A stretch of 22,092 nt of DNA from Ginkgo biloba. Taxonomy: Eukaryota; Plantae; Ginkgophyta. The notes beneath the pieces are model-generated. The model was given only the letters and a program-made list of their open reading frames with translations, did no database searches and had not been told where the DNA came from. The DNA lies in the NCBI GenBank assembly GCA_024626585.2, contig JANKJI020000001.1:14725550-14747641 (forward strand), given 5' to 3'. A program made the translations under genes and the position numbers. Positions 10,078 through 21,580 of this stretch are shown one piece after another (position 1 is the first letter of the stretch; every line of letters starts with the position of its first letter).

Positions 10078-11699
10078 NNNNNNNNNNNNNNNNNNNNNNN
10101 NNNNNNNNNNNNNNNNNNNNNNNNNNNNNNNNNNNNNNNNNNNNNNNNNNNNNNNNNNNNNNNNNNNNNNNNNNNNNNNNNNNNNNNNNNNNNNNNNNNN
10201 NNNNNNNNNNNNNNNNNNNNNNNNNNNNNNNNNNNNNNNNNNNNNNNNNNNNNNNNNNNNNNNNNNNNNNNNNNNNNNNNNNNNNNNNNNNNNNNNNNNN
10301 NNNNNNNNNNNNNNNNNNNNNNNNNNNNNNNNNNNNNNNNNNNNNNNNNNNNNNNNNNNNNNNNNNNNNNNNNNNNNNNNNNNNNNNNNNNNNNNNNNNN
10401 NNNNNNNNNNNNNNNNNNNNNNNNNNNNNNNNNNNNNNNNNNNNNNNNNNNNNNNNNNNNNNNNNNNNNNNNNNNNNNNNNNNNNNNNNNNNNNNNNNNN
10501 NNNNNNNNNNNNNNNNNNNNNNNNNNNNNNNNNNNNNNNNNNNNNNNNNNNNNNNNNNNNNNNNNNNNNNNNNNNNNNNNNNNNNNNNNNNNNNNNNNNN
10601 NNNNNNNNNNNNNNNNNNNNNNNNNNNNNNNNNNNNNNNNNNNNNNNNNNNNNNNNNNNNNNNNNNNNNNNNNNNNNNNNNNNNNNNNNNNNNNNNNNNN
10701 NNNNNNNNNNNNNNNNNNNNNNNNNNNNNNNNNNNNNNNNNNNNNNNNNNNNNNNNNNNNNNNNNNNNNNNNNNNNNNNNNNNNNNNNNNNNNNNNNNNN
10801 NNNNNNNNNNNNNNNNNNNNNNNNNNNNNNNNNNNNNNNNNNNNNNNNNNNNNNNNNNNNNNNNNNNNNNNNNNNNNNNTATTAATTAGCTTTTGTTTGT
10901 TTGATCTCAAATCGTGTTTGTATGATTTTATATCTGTTTCTTTGTGTTTAAGTAGGGATACATATATCCATGATAATTCCTTTTGTTATGATTGCCTTAA
11001 AAGCACTCTCCATTTTTTTTTTTCTTTCTAAATTGTTTCTATATTTTATACATATAGTTTTTTTTTTTTGTAAATATATAATTCTATTAATAGGAAAAAT
11101 TACATACAGTTAAAAAAAGACTGGGTGGCAATAGGCACACCCATTATTGACTAAAGGGAACTTAAATACACACTATGTACCTGATTCTAAAAAATCATAA
11201 TGACATAATAAAACAACCATATAAGACACAAGTAATAAGATTTATATAGAAGGAATAAAATTATTAGGCTTTAGGTCCCCCCAACCATCCAAGCCATTTT
11301 TTTTGTAAATGTCTCCCTTATAGGGAGAAATGATCAAGGCAAGTGTAGAGAAGGTACCCTCCTTTCTGGGAGAGATAGACAACTCTAAAGTAGGTTCCTT
11401 TAATAATCCATTAGTCTTTTTTTGGGGGGGATATATGGGAGTGGCATGTCCTCTTCCTCCTTTGCCTCACCATGGAGGTCTGCTACCACTTTTGGATCCG
11501 CTGCTTCCCTTGTCTTCTTTAACTAAGACTTGGCTTATGGTATAATGGGTAGAGCCCCAATAGTTAATCAATTCCATTAGGTGGGATAGTTCCAATTGCA
11601 CTTTATTATCTTGTAGTTTGATCTACAGTGTACAATTAGCAAGGATGCAAGATACAAAATGGCTAGTTACTAAGTTATGAGGAGGTGTTTAAACATTAT

Positions 11700-12308
11700 T
11701 GATGTAGGATGTGTCGGTCATCAGCCAAAATCGACGTCTGTCAGAAATTCAACAAAACTGATGCGTCGGTTCCCAAATCTTAAGTTGGTTGGCGACTAAG
11801 AAAACTAATGTCAGTCGGGCGCAAGGAAACCGACGCAAGTCAGTGATTCGCTTGAGGTTGGTTGGCAACAGGGTCACCCAACGCCCTTTGATGGTTCAAT
11901 GCTATGTTGGTTGGCGACAGGGTAATCCGACACTGACACTGACTCGGTCCCGTCCTCCAGGATCTCAGCGACAGCCTCAACCGACAACGTTGGCATCGGT
12001 TTAGTTCACTGACACGCGCATAGGTAGAAACAACAAGCACTCTTAAAACTCGATGCTAGTGACTCTGCAATGCAAATATAAAGTGCACATAAGACAAGGT
12101 CCAAAAATCACACCCAGAGCATGACACAACCTTTTTAACTGGAGAAACCCTCATGGGGAATAAAACTCCAGGTACATTATGAAATAAGCAACTACAAGCC
12201 TCAAGCTTTACAATAGCCTCGGTGACCCCATATGTCGGCTGGCATTACAATATCATTGCAAGACATTAAATTAGAATATAGAACCATAGGGTTTGAGCCT
12301 GAAACGAT
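11700..12308 (-). mobile_element. LTR remnant in reverse orientation (3' or solo LTR; Copia-like motif)
   Basis: Starts TGATGTAG at 11700, which is the CA end on the minus strand, with no PBS beside it. It contains the nested hairpin CTGGAG-AAACCC-TCAT-GGGG-AATAAAA-CTCCAG at 12139-12171, like the GGAAAACCC...GGG..AAAACC motif of plant LTRs. CCGAC-rich. Confidence 0.55.
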
Positions 12309-12408
12309 NNNNNNNNNNNNNNNNNNNNNNNNNNNNNNNNNNNNNNNNNNNNNNNNNNNNNNNNNNNNNNNNNNNNNNNNNNNNNNNNNNNNNNNNNNNN
12401 NNNNNNNN

Positions 12409-12860
12409 ACACAAATGAAGTAAAACAAGATAAATGATGAGGGTGATATTTAGATTTCTACAACTGTTCTTGAAGGTGTAATTGCCAACCACCCTACAAG
12501 CATAAATATCCAAAAGGAACCTAATTAAGGGGTTATTCAAGTAATATTTTGTGGAGCTCTAATTTTTTTCATCTATACTTTTGTAACTTCTATCTAAGAA
12601 GATAGAGCTTTGATAGGATCCTTTTTGATAAGTGATCAAGTAATCACTAGCACATAGTGCAAATGTATGGGTGTACGTAGGCTAAAGCACATTGAACGTC
12701 TTGTAAGTATATTTCCTATTTAAACATTTACAAGATGCTCCAACTAAATTGATTATGAATAATAAACTTCAATTTTGGTTTGTAGTTATTATATGCTTAT
12801 TTTTATTTTCACAATACATGATTAGCTTTTGATGGAATAACACATAGTGGTTCTGGATCA
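12409..12860 (+). mobile_element. Partial 5' LTR (left end in gap)
   Basis: U5-like GTGTACGTAGGC at ~12672, and ends GGATCA before a degenerate PBS and gag. Confidence 0.5.
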
Positions 12861-12866
12861 AATTTT

Positions 12867-12878
12867 CGGTATTAGGGC
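12867..12878 (+). promoter_or_regulatory. Degenerate tRNA-iMet PBS
   Basis: CGGTATTAGGGC matches TGGTATCAGAGC at 9/12 positions, with all differences being transitions. It lies upstream of gag-like sequence. Confidence 0.5.
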
Positions 12879-13080
12879 TAGGTTACAAGCGCTAGGAAAA
12901 AGAGCATGAAAGTAAGCTAGATTTTGATGGTTTGGACTAGGTTTACCTACACCAACGAAGGAAAATATTTGGAGGAATCTTTGTTGCTATTTTATAGAAC
13001 TAGGAGAAATCACGAGGCATGGAAGAAGCTTAAATTTCAAACATGTCAGTAGCTGTAGAAGAAAATTTTATGAGACCAAA

Positions 13081-13370
13081 ATGACCTCATATACTTACTA
13101 AAGAATCCATGGAGGATAGGGTTGACTAGATAGAGAGAAGTCTAGAAAAATTACAGAATGGCACTAGAAATTAGATGTCAGAGTTGGTTCAAGCAATGCT
13201 GAGCTAACAATAGGGCTCTCCATGAAAAAAACAACTACTACCACAGGGAATGGTGCTACATCCAAAGGTGCTATTGCAAATCCCATTGGGACATAATTGC
13301 AAGCGCCTAATATAGCCAATAGCTTCAAAGTGGAGACAAAAGTTATGATACTATCATTTAATGAAAACAT
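13081..13370 (+). pseudogene. Gypsy gag N-terminus truncated by nested insertion
   Basis: ESMEDRVD*IERSLEKLQ ... SFKVETKVMILSFNEN (cf. gag FKVEAKxDIPxFxG) stops abruptly at the TG at 13371. Confidence 0.6.
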
Positions 13371-13945
13371 TGTGAGTTCCCCAATGGGAACTTACTAAAT
13401 AATTGAGAAAAAAATAATGATTGGATAACTCCACAACAATAGATCCTCAAACAATAAGATAATAGATAATCTCTAATGTAAGATCACGCTTAATCACAGT
13501 AGGATCAATACAAACCTAGAGAGACAATAATGTGAGAATTATAGGAAAGAGGATGAAGATACTCAAGATGCAAAAGACATGAAGATACTAGGACCAACTC
13601 CTACCCACAGAGAGTGATTATGGGGTACTTGCGACCCACAAAGAGCTAAGTGGAAGCATCTTCTTCCAAAAGAAGGATNNNNNNNNNNNNNNNNNNNNNN
13701 NNNNNNNNNNNNNNNNNNNNNNNNNNNNTGAGAAGAGAGCTTCCCTATTTTTAGCCCAAACTAATTTTGGCTTCCTCTAGGTTGGCTAAGGCTATTGATT
13801 AGGCTCCAAAATGCACCTTATTGTTAAGAACTTAAATACCCTTCAACTAGCTCCACTATAAGGTTAAACTAAGCCATTTTTTTGGGTTAGGTGCACTTAA
13901 GTGTTTTTCAACTTAACTCTTTCTTAAGCCTAGTTATGTCTTAGG
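13371..13945 (-). mobile_element. 3' LTR of minus-strand chromovirus
   Basis: Sharp TG boundary at 13371, directly downstream (minus strand) of the chromodomain. A degenerate reverse TATA context CCCTATTTTTAG lies at ~13743. The PPT and LTR start would fall in gap 13946-13993. Confidence 0.65.
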
Positions 13946-13993
13946 NNNNNNNNNNNNNNNNNNNNNNNNNNNNNNNNNNNNNNNNNNNNNNNN

Positions 13994-15994
13994 TAAAGCA
14001 TTGGTAGCTTTGGTTATTGTAGTACGAATGCCTTGGTTTCCAAGGTTGCATCTTCTTAGGGAAGATTTCTTCATTTCATTCTATGCTCACAAACTAGTTT
14101 TGCCCTTAGATCCTTTTTTCTTACTTCCATCATGCCTTCTAGTTCTAGGATCAATTTACCTTCCTCATCAAGTATTGGTAGTTCTATCTAAGGCACCACC
14201 TGTGATCTAATTTGTTTTTTAGGCAAGAAATATGAAAAAACATCATGAATGCTACCTTTGTTTTGAACATGCACCGCATATGTGACTTCTACTTTTATGC
14301 AAATTTTGTATGGTCGTAGAATTTTGGTGCCTAACTTGTTTTTGCCCTTCTCTTTTAGCAACATTTGCTGGTATGGTTGTAGATTAATGAAAACCATGTT
14401 GCCTACGTTAAATGATCTTTTGCTACGTGCCTTGTCTATTTGTTGCCTCATTTCATTCCTTCTTGTATTCACATTGTCCTATAAGATTTTAATTAAATTT
14501 TACATTTCCCTCATTGAATCTTGTGTTGTTGCTACCCTCAACTCCTATGGCATGTAGTCTTTCATGGGTGGTAGGTTGTAGCTATGAAATGCTAAAAATA
14601 GGGGCATCATTGCTGACATGTGATGTGTTGTACCATCATGCAACTAGGTGCAACGATTTGGCCCACTTTGTCTTCTTAACCCCTGCATATGTTCTTAGGT
14701 ACCCTTCAAGGTGTTTGTTCACTGTCTCTGTTTGTCTGTTTGTCTAGGGAGGGTATGTAGTGCTCATGTTAAACTTGGTCCCTGTTAGTTGAAAAGTTCC
14801 TTCTAAAAATGACTTGTGAATTTTGGGTCTCAGTGATAGGTTATTCTCTTAGGGAATCCATGATATTTATGTACGTACTTCATAAAGACCTCTATGATCT
14901 GCGAAACCTTATATTTTGAGTTGATGGCTATGAAATGTGCAAATTTGGTTAGGCGGTCAACAACTATGACTATGGTATCTTTATAGTCTGAATTACGTAA
15001 TCTTGTTGTAAAATCCATTGATATCTCCTCCCATTTTTTGTTAGGAACATTGAGAGGTTGAAGCTTTCCTAGCAACACTACATTTTCCATCTTTTGCCTC
15101 TTGTAGCTGTCACATTCTACTGTAAATTTTGTTATATTGCTTTTTATTTTTGGCTTATAGAATATTCGGTTGATCTTGCAATACGATTTCTTGAATCCCA
15201 CATGTTTGACAGTCAGGCGTAGGTGTCCTTTCATCACTTTTTGAATGAACTCCAACCCTTTTTTTAGATATATTCATCCTTCAAATATGATGCTTCCATG
15301 ACCTTTTAATTGTTTGTTATATCTTCTATCAACTGCCATGTATTAGGATCCTTTTAATACTTGTGTTGAACTTCTCTACTCCAAGATAGCTCTAGGATCA
15401 TCATTACATTTAGTGAAGCCTCTTAGAATTTCCTTGACAACGCATGTGTTATAATTTCTCTTTTCCTTTTTTTTATACCATCTCAAAATCAAAGGCCTAT
15501 GTCTTATCAATCGACTCTTTCTACTCATCGATTAGTGATTCTTGACACAGTAGGTACTTCAAACTGTTATGGTTTGTCTTTACTATAAACTCATTGCCTA
15601 ATACGTACTACTACCAATTTTCTAGTGCATGCATGATACTGAGCATCTCCTCGTTATAAGTAGATAATCTCTACTTCCTATTGTTTAATTTCTTACTTGC
15701 AAATGCTATTGGTCTTCCTTTCTACATTAATATTGCCCCAATTTTGGTTCTTAAAGCATCACATTCTACCATAAATATTTTTGTGAAATCTAGAGTTGCT
15801 AATATCAGGGGGTTGTGAGTGTCGTCTTTAGTTCTTCTCTTTGTTAAATCCATAAGTGGAGTTGCTTTTGTTGAATAATTTCGTACAAACTTTTGAAAGA
15901 ATCTAATCATGCTAAGAAACCCTCTTAATTTGGTGACTGTCTTTGGTCTTGGCCAATCTTTCATGGCTTAGATTCTTGCTAGGTCAATACTTAC
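13994..15994 (-). pseudogene. pol: Chromoviral Ty3/Gypsy pol: RT C-terminus, RNase H, integrase, GPY-like motif, chromodomain
   Basis: RT/RH: KDWPRPKTVTKLRGFL and VECDA...IGAILM*KGRPIAFASKKL. Integrase: HVGFKKSY...WEEISMDFTT...VIVVDRLTKFAHF...HGFPKRI, then RPYKI...IHDVF. Chromodomain (~13995-14185): ELPILDEEGKLILE...MK*RNLP*EDATLE. Many stops and frameshifts. Confidence 0.95.
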
Positions 15995-16599
15995 NNNNNN
16001 NNNNNNNNNNNNNNNNNNNNNNNNNNNNNNNNNNNNNNNNNNNNNNNNNNNNNNNNNNNNNNNNNNNNNNNNNNNNNNNNNNNNNNNNNNNNNNGGCATG
16101 GAATCATAATCCATAAATTACAAGGTTGTTTATCCCTTGAAATGGGATTGAAAATTAGAGTACACAATAATGTTGCCTCATATGAGGATTAGTTGATATT
16201 TATGTATATATTCCTAAGCTATTAATTGGAATAATCATAGGCTATTGTCCAAAACATAGAAACTAGAATTGAAAGCTTTTAGTTTGTGAAGAAGAACAAA
16301 ATAAGTCTAAACTTAAGAAATATGAGCCCCTACTCCTAATCACTCCAGAGATTTTATCGTCTTTCTAAGGGTAACTATCAAATTAGTTACAAACTGTTCA
16401 TTTTATATTTTTAGGAATAGATGAAGTTGCATTTGCCATGTCGCAAGGATTTGATGTGATAATTGAATGGTGGAGGTTCAAAGATGCTTAGTCTCATCAT
16501 CGTGATATTTTGCTAATTTTTTATGCTTGTTGTCTTTTTAACATATTTGTATGATATTGTACTTTAACCTATATTATTGATCTGGTTGATTCAATATAT

Positions 16600-17339
16600 T
16601 TTTTTTCATCTTTTGAATGAACTCCGACCCTTTGTTTAGATATATTTGTACTTTTGACACCCTTGTTGGACTTTTGTAATCTAGGTTGGCTTTATGACCC
16701 TCTTTGCATTTAGTGAAAAATCTTCAAATTTCCTTGACAATGAATTTGCTACAATGTTCTCTTTCCCCTTTGTGTATACTATCTCAAAATTGAGGGTTTG
16801 GATCGTATCAATCCACTTTTTCTATTTATTGGTTAGTGGCTTTTGATGCAGTAGGTACTTCAAATGCTATGATGTCTTTACTGTAAACTTATTGCCTAAT
16901 AGGTACTATCACAAATTTTCTACTACGTGCATGATAGCTAGCATTTCCTTATTATACATAGATAACATCTTCCCCTAGTTGTTTAATTTCTTACTTTCAC
17001 ATGCTATTGGTCTTCCCTTGTGCATTAATACTACAATTTTGGTTCTTGAAGCATTGCATTCCACCATAAATGCTTTGGTGAAATCTAGAGTTGCTAATAC
17101 TGGGTTTGTTGTGAGTGTCATTTTTAGTTCTTCAAAATCCCTTTGAACATCATCATTCCATTTGAATGCATCCTTCTTTGCTAAGTCCATGAGTGGTGCA
17201 ACTATTGTTGAATAAATTTGCATGAACTTTCAATAGAATCCAATCATGCGAAGAAACCCTCTTAATTTGGTGACTGTCCTTGCTCTTGGCCAATCTTTGA
17301 TGGCTTGGAATTTTGTTGGGTGGACACTTAACGCCATTC
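16600..17339 (-). pseudogene. pol: Second paralogous Gypsy RT/RNase H fragment of the same family
   Basis: PLMDLAKKDAFKWNDDVQRDFEELKMTLTTNPVLATLDFTKAFMVECNAS. Long near-identical stretches with 15235-15994, e.g. AAGAAACCCTCTTAATTTGGTGACTGTC in both. The right end is cut by a LINE poly(A). Confidence 0.93.
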
Positions 17340-17896
17340 TTTTTTTTTGAAAGAATGCTGCTTATATTACTTCTAGAAAAATGACAGAATTACATCACAT
17401 GTCTTCTCCCTATAAGGGAGAGAAGAGAAATCATATCAGTCTAGGCTCCAAATGAAGCCAAATCTATTTGTCTCCTAAAAATATCAGCTCTAGCCCATAT
17501 TTGTTCTACTAATTCAAATCTAAAAGCATCCAACTCCTTTAAGTGCAAGGTACCACCTCCTCCTTGGAATGTCAAGTTACAGCTTCACCTCCACAAGAAG
17601 GAAATACCTACAATCCTTATGGTATCCCAAGTAAGTTCTCCATTGTCTTTGATCATCTAATTATCCCCTAGGGTTACGTCCTTCCACTTCAAAGAGGCTA
17701 CAAATAGTGGTTCATCCTCGGCTTGAACCCACTTCTAAAAGGTTTTAGCGGTTGGGCATTTCCATAATACATGTAAAATTGATTCCTTCTTTTCACATAC
17801 AACACAATAGGGGTCCATTAGGCCTAACTTATATAATTTCTCTTTGATTGCAAGGTTGTGATGTATCAACAACCAACGCAAGACCTTTAACTTGAA
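17340..17896 (-). mobile_element. L1-type LINE 3' segment: zf-RVT/CCHC, ORF2 C-terminus, 3'UTR, poly(A)
   Basis: Minus strand: FKLKVLRWLLIHHNLAIKEKLYKLGLMDPYCVVCEKKESILHVLWKCPTAKTF*KW ... WDTIRIVGISFLWR ... ELDAFRFELVEQIWARADIF, with T9 on the plus strand at 17340-17348. Confidence 0.92.
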
Positions 17897-18640
17897 TGTC
17901 GTTATCCCTTACGGATGGAATTTCCTAGAATTCCGGAGCACTTCAGAGCTTGCATTGAAAAAATTGTGAAGCCCTTTGGTCGGCTTTTGGTAGGGGATAA
18001 GAGAGGATCCCACTCGATGTGACCCAATGCCAGGGTCTGTGTGGAGGTGGATTTAGCTAGAAATCTACCATCAGAGATTTGGTGTTTCCTTCACAATGGG
18101 CGGTGCATGTGCAAAAGGTACTTTATCTTAACTTCCCCAATTGTTGTTATGCCTTCTTGTTGCCAAATCATTTGATTAAAGATTGCCCTCATAAAAAAAT
18201 TGAACAAGCTAAGTCAACAACAACTGCACCAAAGACAAAGAAGGGTGATTTGATAGATAAAACTAAAATGAGCACCATGACAACAGATCAAAACAAAGGG
18301 AAAGATACTGGGAATGATGAAGGGTGGATTACTAAGACATTTAGAAAGACAGACAAGCTTGGTACCTCTCAACAGAAAGTAGCAGAATCACAACAGCTGA
18401 AGCTGATAGATAAACAAAAATGGGCCCCCATGTCAACCACTCAGTCAAGCCACAATACTTAGCCAAATTGCAATGTTCAGGGGTCAAGTGCAACACCGAC
18501 TCATCGTGCTCATGTTGATTCTCTAAGCAAAAGGAAGGAGGCAATTCCCAACAACTGCTCCATTGATGCAAATAAATCTGACAGGCAAGATAAACCAGAC
18601 TCAAACTTTTCAAACTCGCCAACCGTCTGGACAACTATCA
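17897..18640 (+). pseudogene. LINE ORF1 remnant (5'-truncated; zinc knuckle region plus disordered tail)
   Basis: YPLRMEFPRIPEHF...IVKPFGRLL...NARVCVEVDLARNLPSEI...QKVLYLNFPNCCYAFLLPNHLIKDCP follows the plant L1 ORF1 pattern (PVWV..P.LP, ARVCVEVDL, CxxCx4Hx4C). Confidence 0.85.
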
Positions 18641-18691
18641 GTTAAATAATGCATTTTCAACCCCCGAGCAGGGACTTATGGATGGTTGCCC

Positions 18692-20199
18692 ATGAAGGTA
18701 AAGATTTTGGCTTGGAATGTGAGGGGATCCTTAGGGCCGAGAAGGCGAGCTCTTTTGAAATCACTTATTTCCAAGCTACACTTTGATGTTCTTCTCATAC
18801 AAGAAATAAAAATTATTGGTTTTCGGTTGAGAATGTTGATGTCGAGTTGTTGGTTTGGGGACTTCATGGTAACAACTCATAATGATGCTTGCAGAGGGGT
18901 TGTTTGTGCAGTTGCTTCTTGTCTTTCTCCTTACATAGTTGCAAAAGGGTAAGACCCAATGGCTAGGTCTTGCTGGATCACTTTGATGTTAGTTGGCAGT
19001 GTATGGGGATTCTGTTTGATTTATGCACCCATTGACCTAGTCGGTAGATCCCAATTATGGGATTGGATGGCACATTTGATCCTGATGGTAGAGTGGGTCC
19101 TGGGAAGTGATTTTAATATGGTAGAGTGGGATGGGGATAGAGTGGGGGTTGAGCTCTCACCCTTGGTTCTTTGGAAAGGCAAGCTTGGAATGATTGTAAA
19201 AGGGTGTTAGGGGTCAAGGATGTGATATGGGGACAAAAGGTATTTGATGTTGGATGTTGGTACATGTGGTCAAATTGGCAGAAAGGGGATGATCGCATTC
19301 AAGCACGGTTGGATCGGATTTATGCTAACCCTCTTACTACCACATTTGTTTTCGGGGCACTATAGATCAGTACATATTGAAGACTCAATAACAAGGTTAG
19401 ATCATCTCTTGGTATCAACCGACATGGTGATAAGGGATGGTTTTAGCATGAATGGTAAGCTACCTTACAAACTAAATGTATATCTTCTAGACTCAGAAGA
19501 GTGTCTGTAGGCTATTGACAATGTATGGAATATGGTACCTCGCCCTTAGAATGGAGAGGGATGGATCCTTTGGTGGGAAGTAGCAGTGTTGCGTACAATA
19601 AAGTTCTTGCAAGGATGGGGCAAAATGGTGGCAAGAGCTAGAAGGTGTATGGAACAATCTCTTAGATGTCAACTAAGCCTTAGTCGGAAAGAATTAGAAG
19701 AGGACATCTTCAACACATTGAAGCAACAAGTAGCCACTCTAGAGCACCGACTTCGACAACATGAGGAGTATAAAGCTAGAGGGGCTTAAATTTTTGCCCG
19801 GATCAAACTGGATCAAGGATGGGGATGCGTCGTCCAAGTTCTATTTCTAGTGTCTAAGGAAAAAACTCACTTTTGAGAGAATTCTTGCTCAAAAAGACTC
19901 ATTTGGTAATGTTTTTGAGGAAGACATATGAATTAGGGAAATTTTCGAAGGCCATTTCCAACAAATTTTTTCCTCCCTTAGATGTGATTCTACACGCCAA
20001 GCATCTAGGCATATGATCAGAGGAGTAGTAACAACACTAGTTGAAGGCTTTGAAAGAGGTCATCTAGCACAACAAATTGAATTGGATGAGCTTGAAGAAG
20101 CAATGTGGCACATGAAGAACAAAAAAACTCCTAGGCCGGATGGGCTATTTATTGAATTTTACTATAAGATGTGGCCAATGATTGGCGAGGATCTTCTTC
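18692..20199 (+). pseudogene. LINE ORF2 remnant: APE endonuclease through start of RT
   Basis: MKVKILAWNVRGS, DVLLIQE, IYAP, WVLGSDFNMVE, ARLDRIY, LDH, WIKDGDASSKFY and MKNKKTPRPDGLFIEFY. Disrupted by stops and frameshifts; ends at a 100-N gap. Confidence 0.95.
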
Positions 20200-20299
20200 N
20201 NNNNNNNNNNNNNNNNNNNNNNNNNNNNNNNNNNNNNNNNNNNNNNNNNNNNNNNNNNNNNNNNNNNNNNNNNNNNNNNNNNNNNNNNNNNNNNNNNNN

Positions 20300-20437
20300 C
20301 CAAGAAATGGAAAATAAGATTGCTAGGGCCATACAAAATCCATCAGATTTATGAGAATGGTGATGTTCGATTACAACAACTTGATGGACTAATTGCACCA
20401 AAGTTAATTAATTGGAGTCGGCTTAAACCATATCATT
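20300..20437 (+). pseudogene. Integrase C-terminal GPY/F region of a non-chromovirus Gypsy (Athila/Tat-like)
   Basis: KKWKIRLLGPYKIHQIYENGDVRLQQLDGLIAPKLINWSRLKPY (cf. RWxGPY...NG.V.L..LDG...VNGxRLKxY). Confidence 0.85.
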
Positions 20438-20496
20438 ATTTGATAACTAACGAAGACATCTCTTATGATCAATTAAAAAAAACAAAAAGAAAAAAA

Positions 20497-20625
20497 CATG
20501 TATCTCTATGCATGTACATGTATATCTATGCATGTACATGTATATCTATGCATGTACATGTATATCTATACATATATATATATATATATATATATTCATG
20601 TATATCTATCTATCTATCTATATGT

Positions 20626-20658
<33 letters not shown>

Positions 20659-20720
20659 CATATGATAATAATAATAACAAGGAACTAAATATAAAAACAA
20701 TAAGTAATACATATATATAA
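20497..20720. repeat. Compound mini/microsatellite: 20-bp CATGTACATGTATATCTATG x~3.7, then (TA)n, (TATC)n, (CA)n, (ATA)n
   Basis: Directly visible; full units at 20511-20530 and 20531-20550, and a third at 20551-20570 differing at its last base. Confidence 0.95.
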
Positions 20721-20993
20721 TATCCAAGGTACGACTAAATAAGGAGTAACTATCACCAGTCGTTTTGAGAAACGACCAAACTACGAAGCCGCCAGGATGG
20801 CATCAAACGAAACAATCGTAAAAAAACAATCATTAACATCAGCTATGACTTACATCATTAATTCACAATGACGATGTACAAGTGAGTCATAATGACCAAG
20901 CATGGGGGCATATCTCACACAATTGCCACCTGTTTGAAAAGTTCACCGCTTGCTACATTAGCCTTTCATTGAGAAACTAGTAGCAAAGATGAA

Positions 20994-21580
20994 ATGACCA
21001 CACATCAATTCTCTATTTCAACTCATATGGTGAAGCATGTGCCAATCTTTCACATTGACATAAGGGAACATGATATCCTAGAGCATTGTGCGGAATTTTC
21101 CACTTATGACGTAGACCACAATAGGTGCAAGAGTTTAGAGCAAGCACGGTTGGGCGAATTCATTATGATTTTGCTATTGTTCTACAACCAGGCCAACGTG
21201 AGTTTTGCGATAGGGATAGTATCTCACTAATAAGAATTACTATAGATTTCAAAAGCCGCAATTTAGGAAGTAACAAGACTTCCATGTGAAGAGCCAAAAG
21301 TACCTATCGAAGGAAGACAGGAAACTTAGGACATAGCTTGAGAACTTTGCCTCAGTCTAGAGGATGCAACTTCATCCGAAATTCACATAGATGGCTCACG
21401 GCATCCCGATTTACGCTAGATTATATAGTTCTTAGTAGCAAAACTCTTCGAACACCAAAAACATACACATATCTCGACATAGTTATGAACAACAATTCGA
21501 TAGGTAAAGTTGGGAACACATTATAATTGGTGTGCATATATTCAGTTTCAAATGTCGGTCTTTCTCTAAGAAACAAAAAG
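20994..21580 (+). pseudogene. Decayed extra ORF downstream of Gypsy integrase (env-like position; function unknown)
   Basis: A single frame continues past scattered stops: ...ARLGEFIM...ISKAAI*EVTRLPCEEP...VKLGTHYNWCAYIQ. This is reminiscent of accessory plant retrotransposon proteins (I..VTGLP..G and G...NW patterns). Confidence 0.4.

Noticed and set aside
10041-10910. Long ORFs of 273-289 aa (also 5759-6158 and other X-filled ORFs)
   Set aside because: Artefacts of N gaps lacking stop codons.
11312-11328. Hairpin TCTCCCTTATAGGGAGA, the reverse complement of the LINE hairpin at 17405-17421, near a T-run
   Set aside because: The flanks show no homology to the LINE 3' end, and a near-palindrome carries little independent information. 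Left unassigned.
16095-16595. AT-rich stretch with a splice-acceptor-like TTTTTAG at ~16415
   Set aside because: No supportable exon or protein motif.
20182-20720. ORFs rich in YI/HT repeats; repeat array superficially CRISPR-like
   Set aside because: These are translations of microsatellites. The units are contiguous with no unique spacers, there are no cas genes, and the context is eukaryotic.
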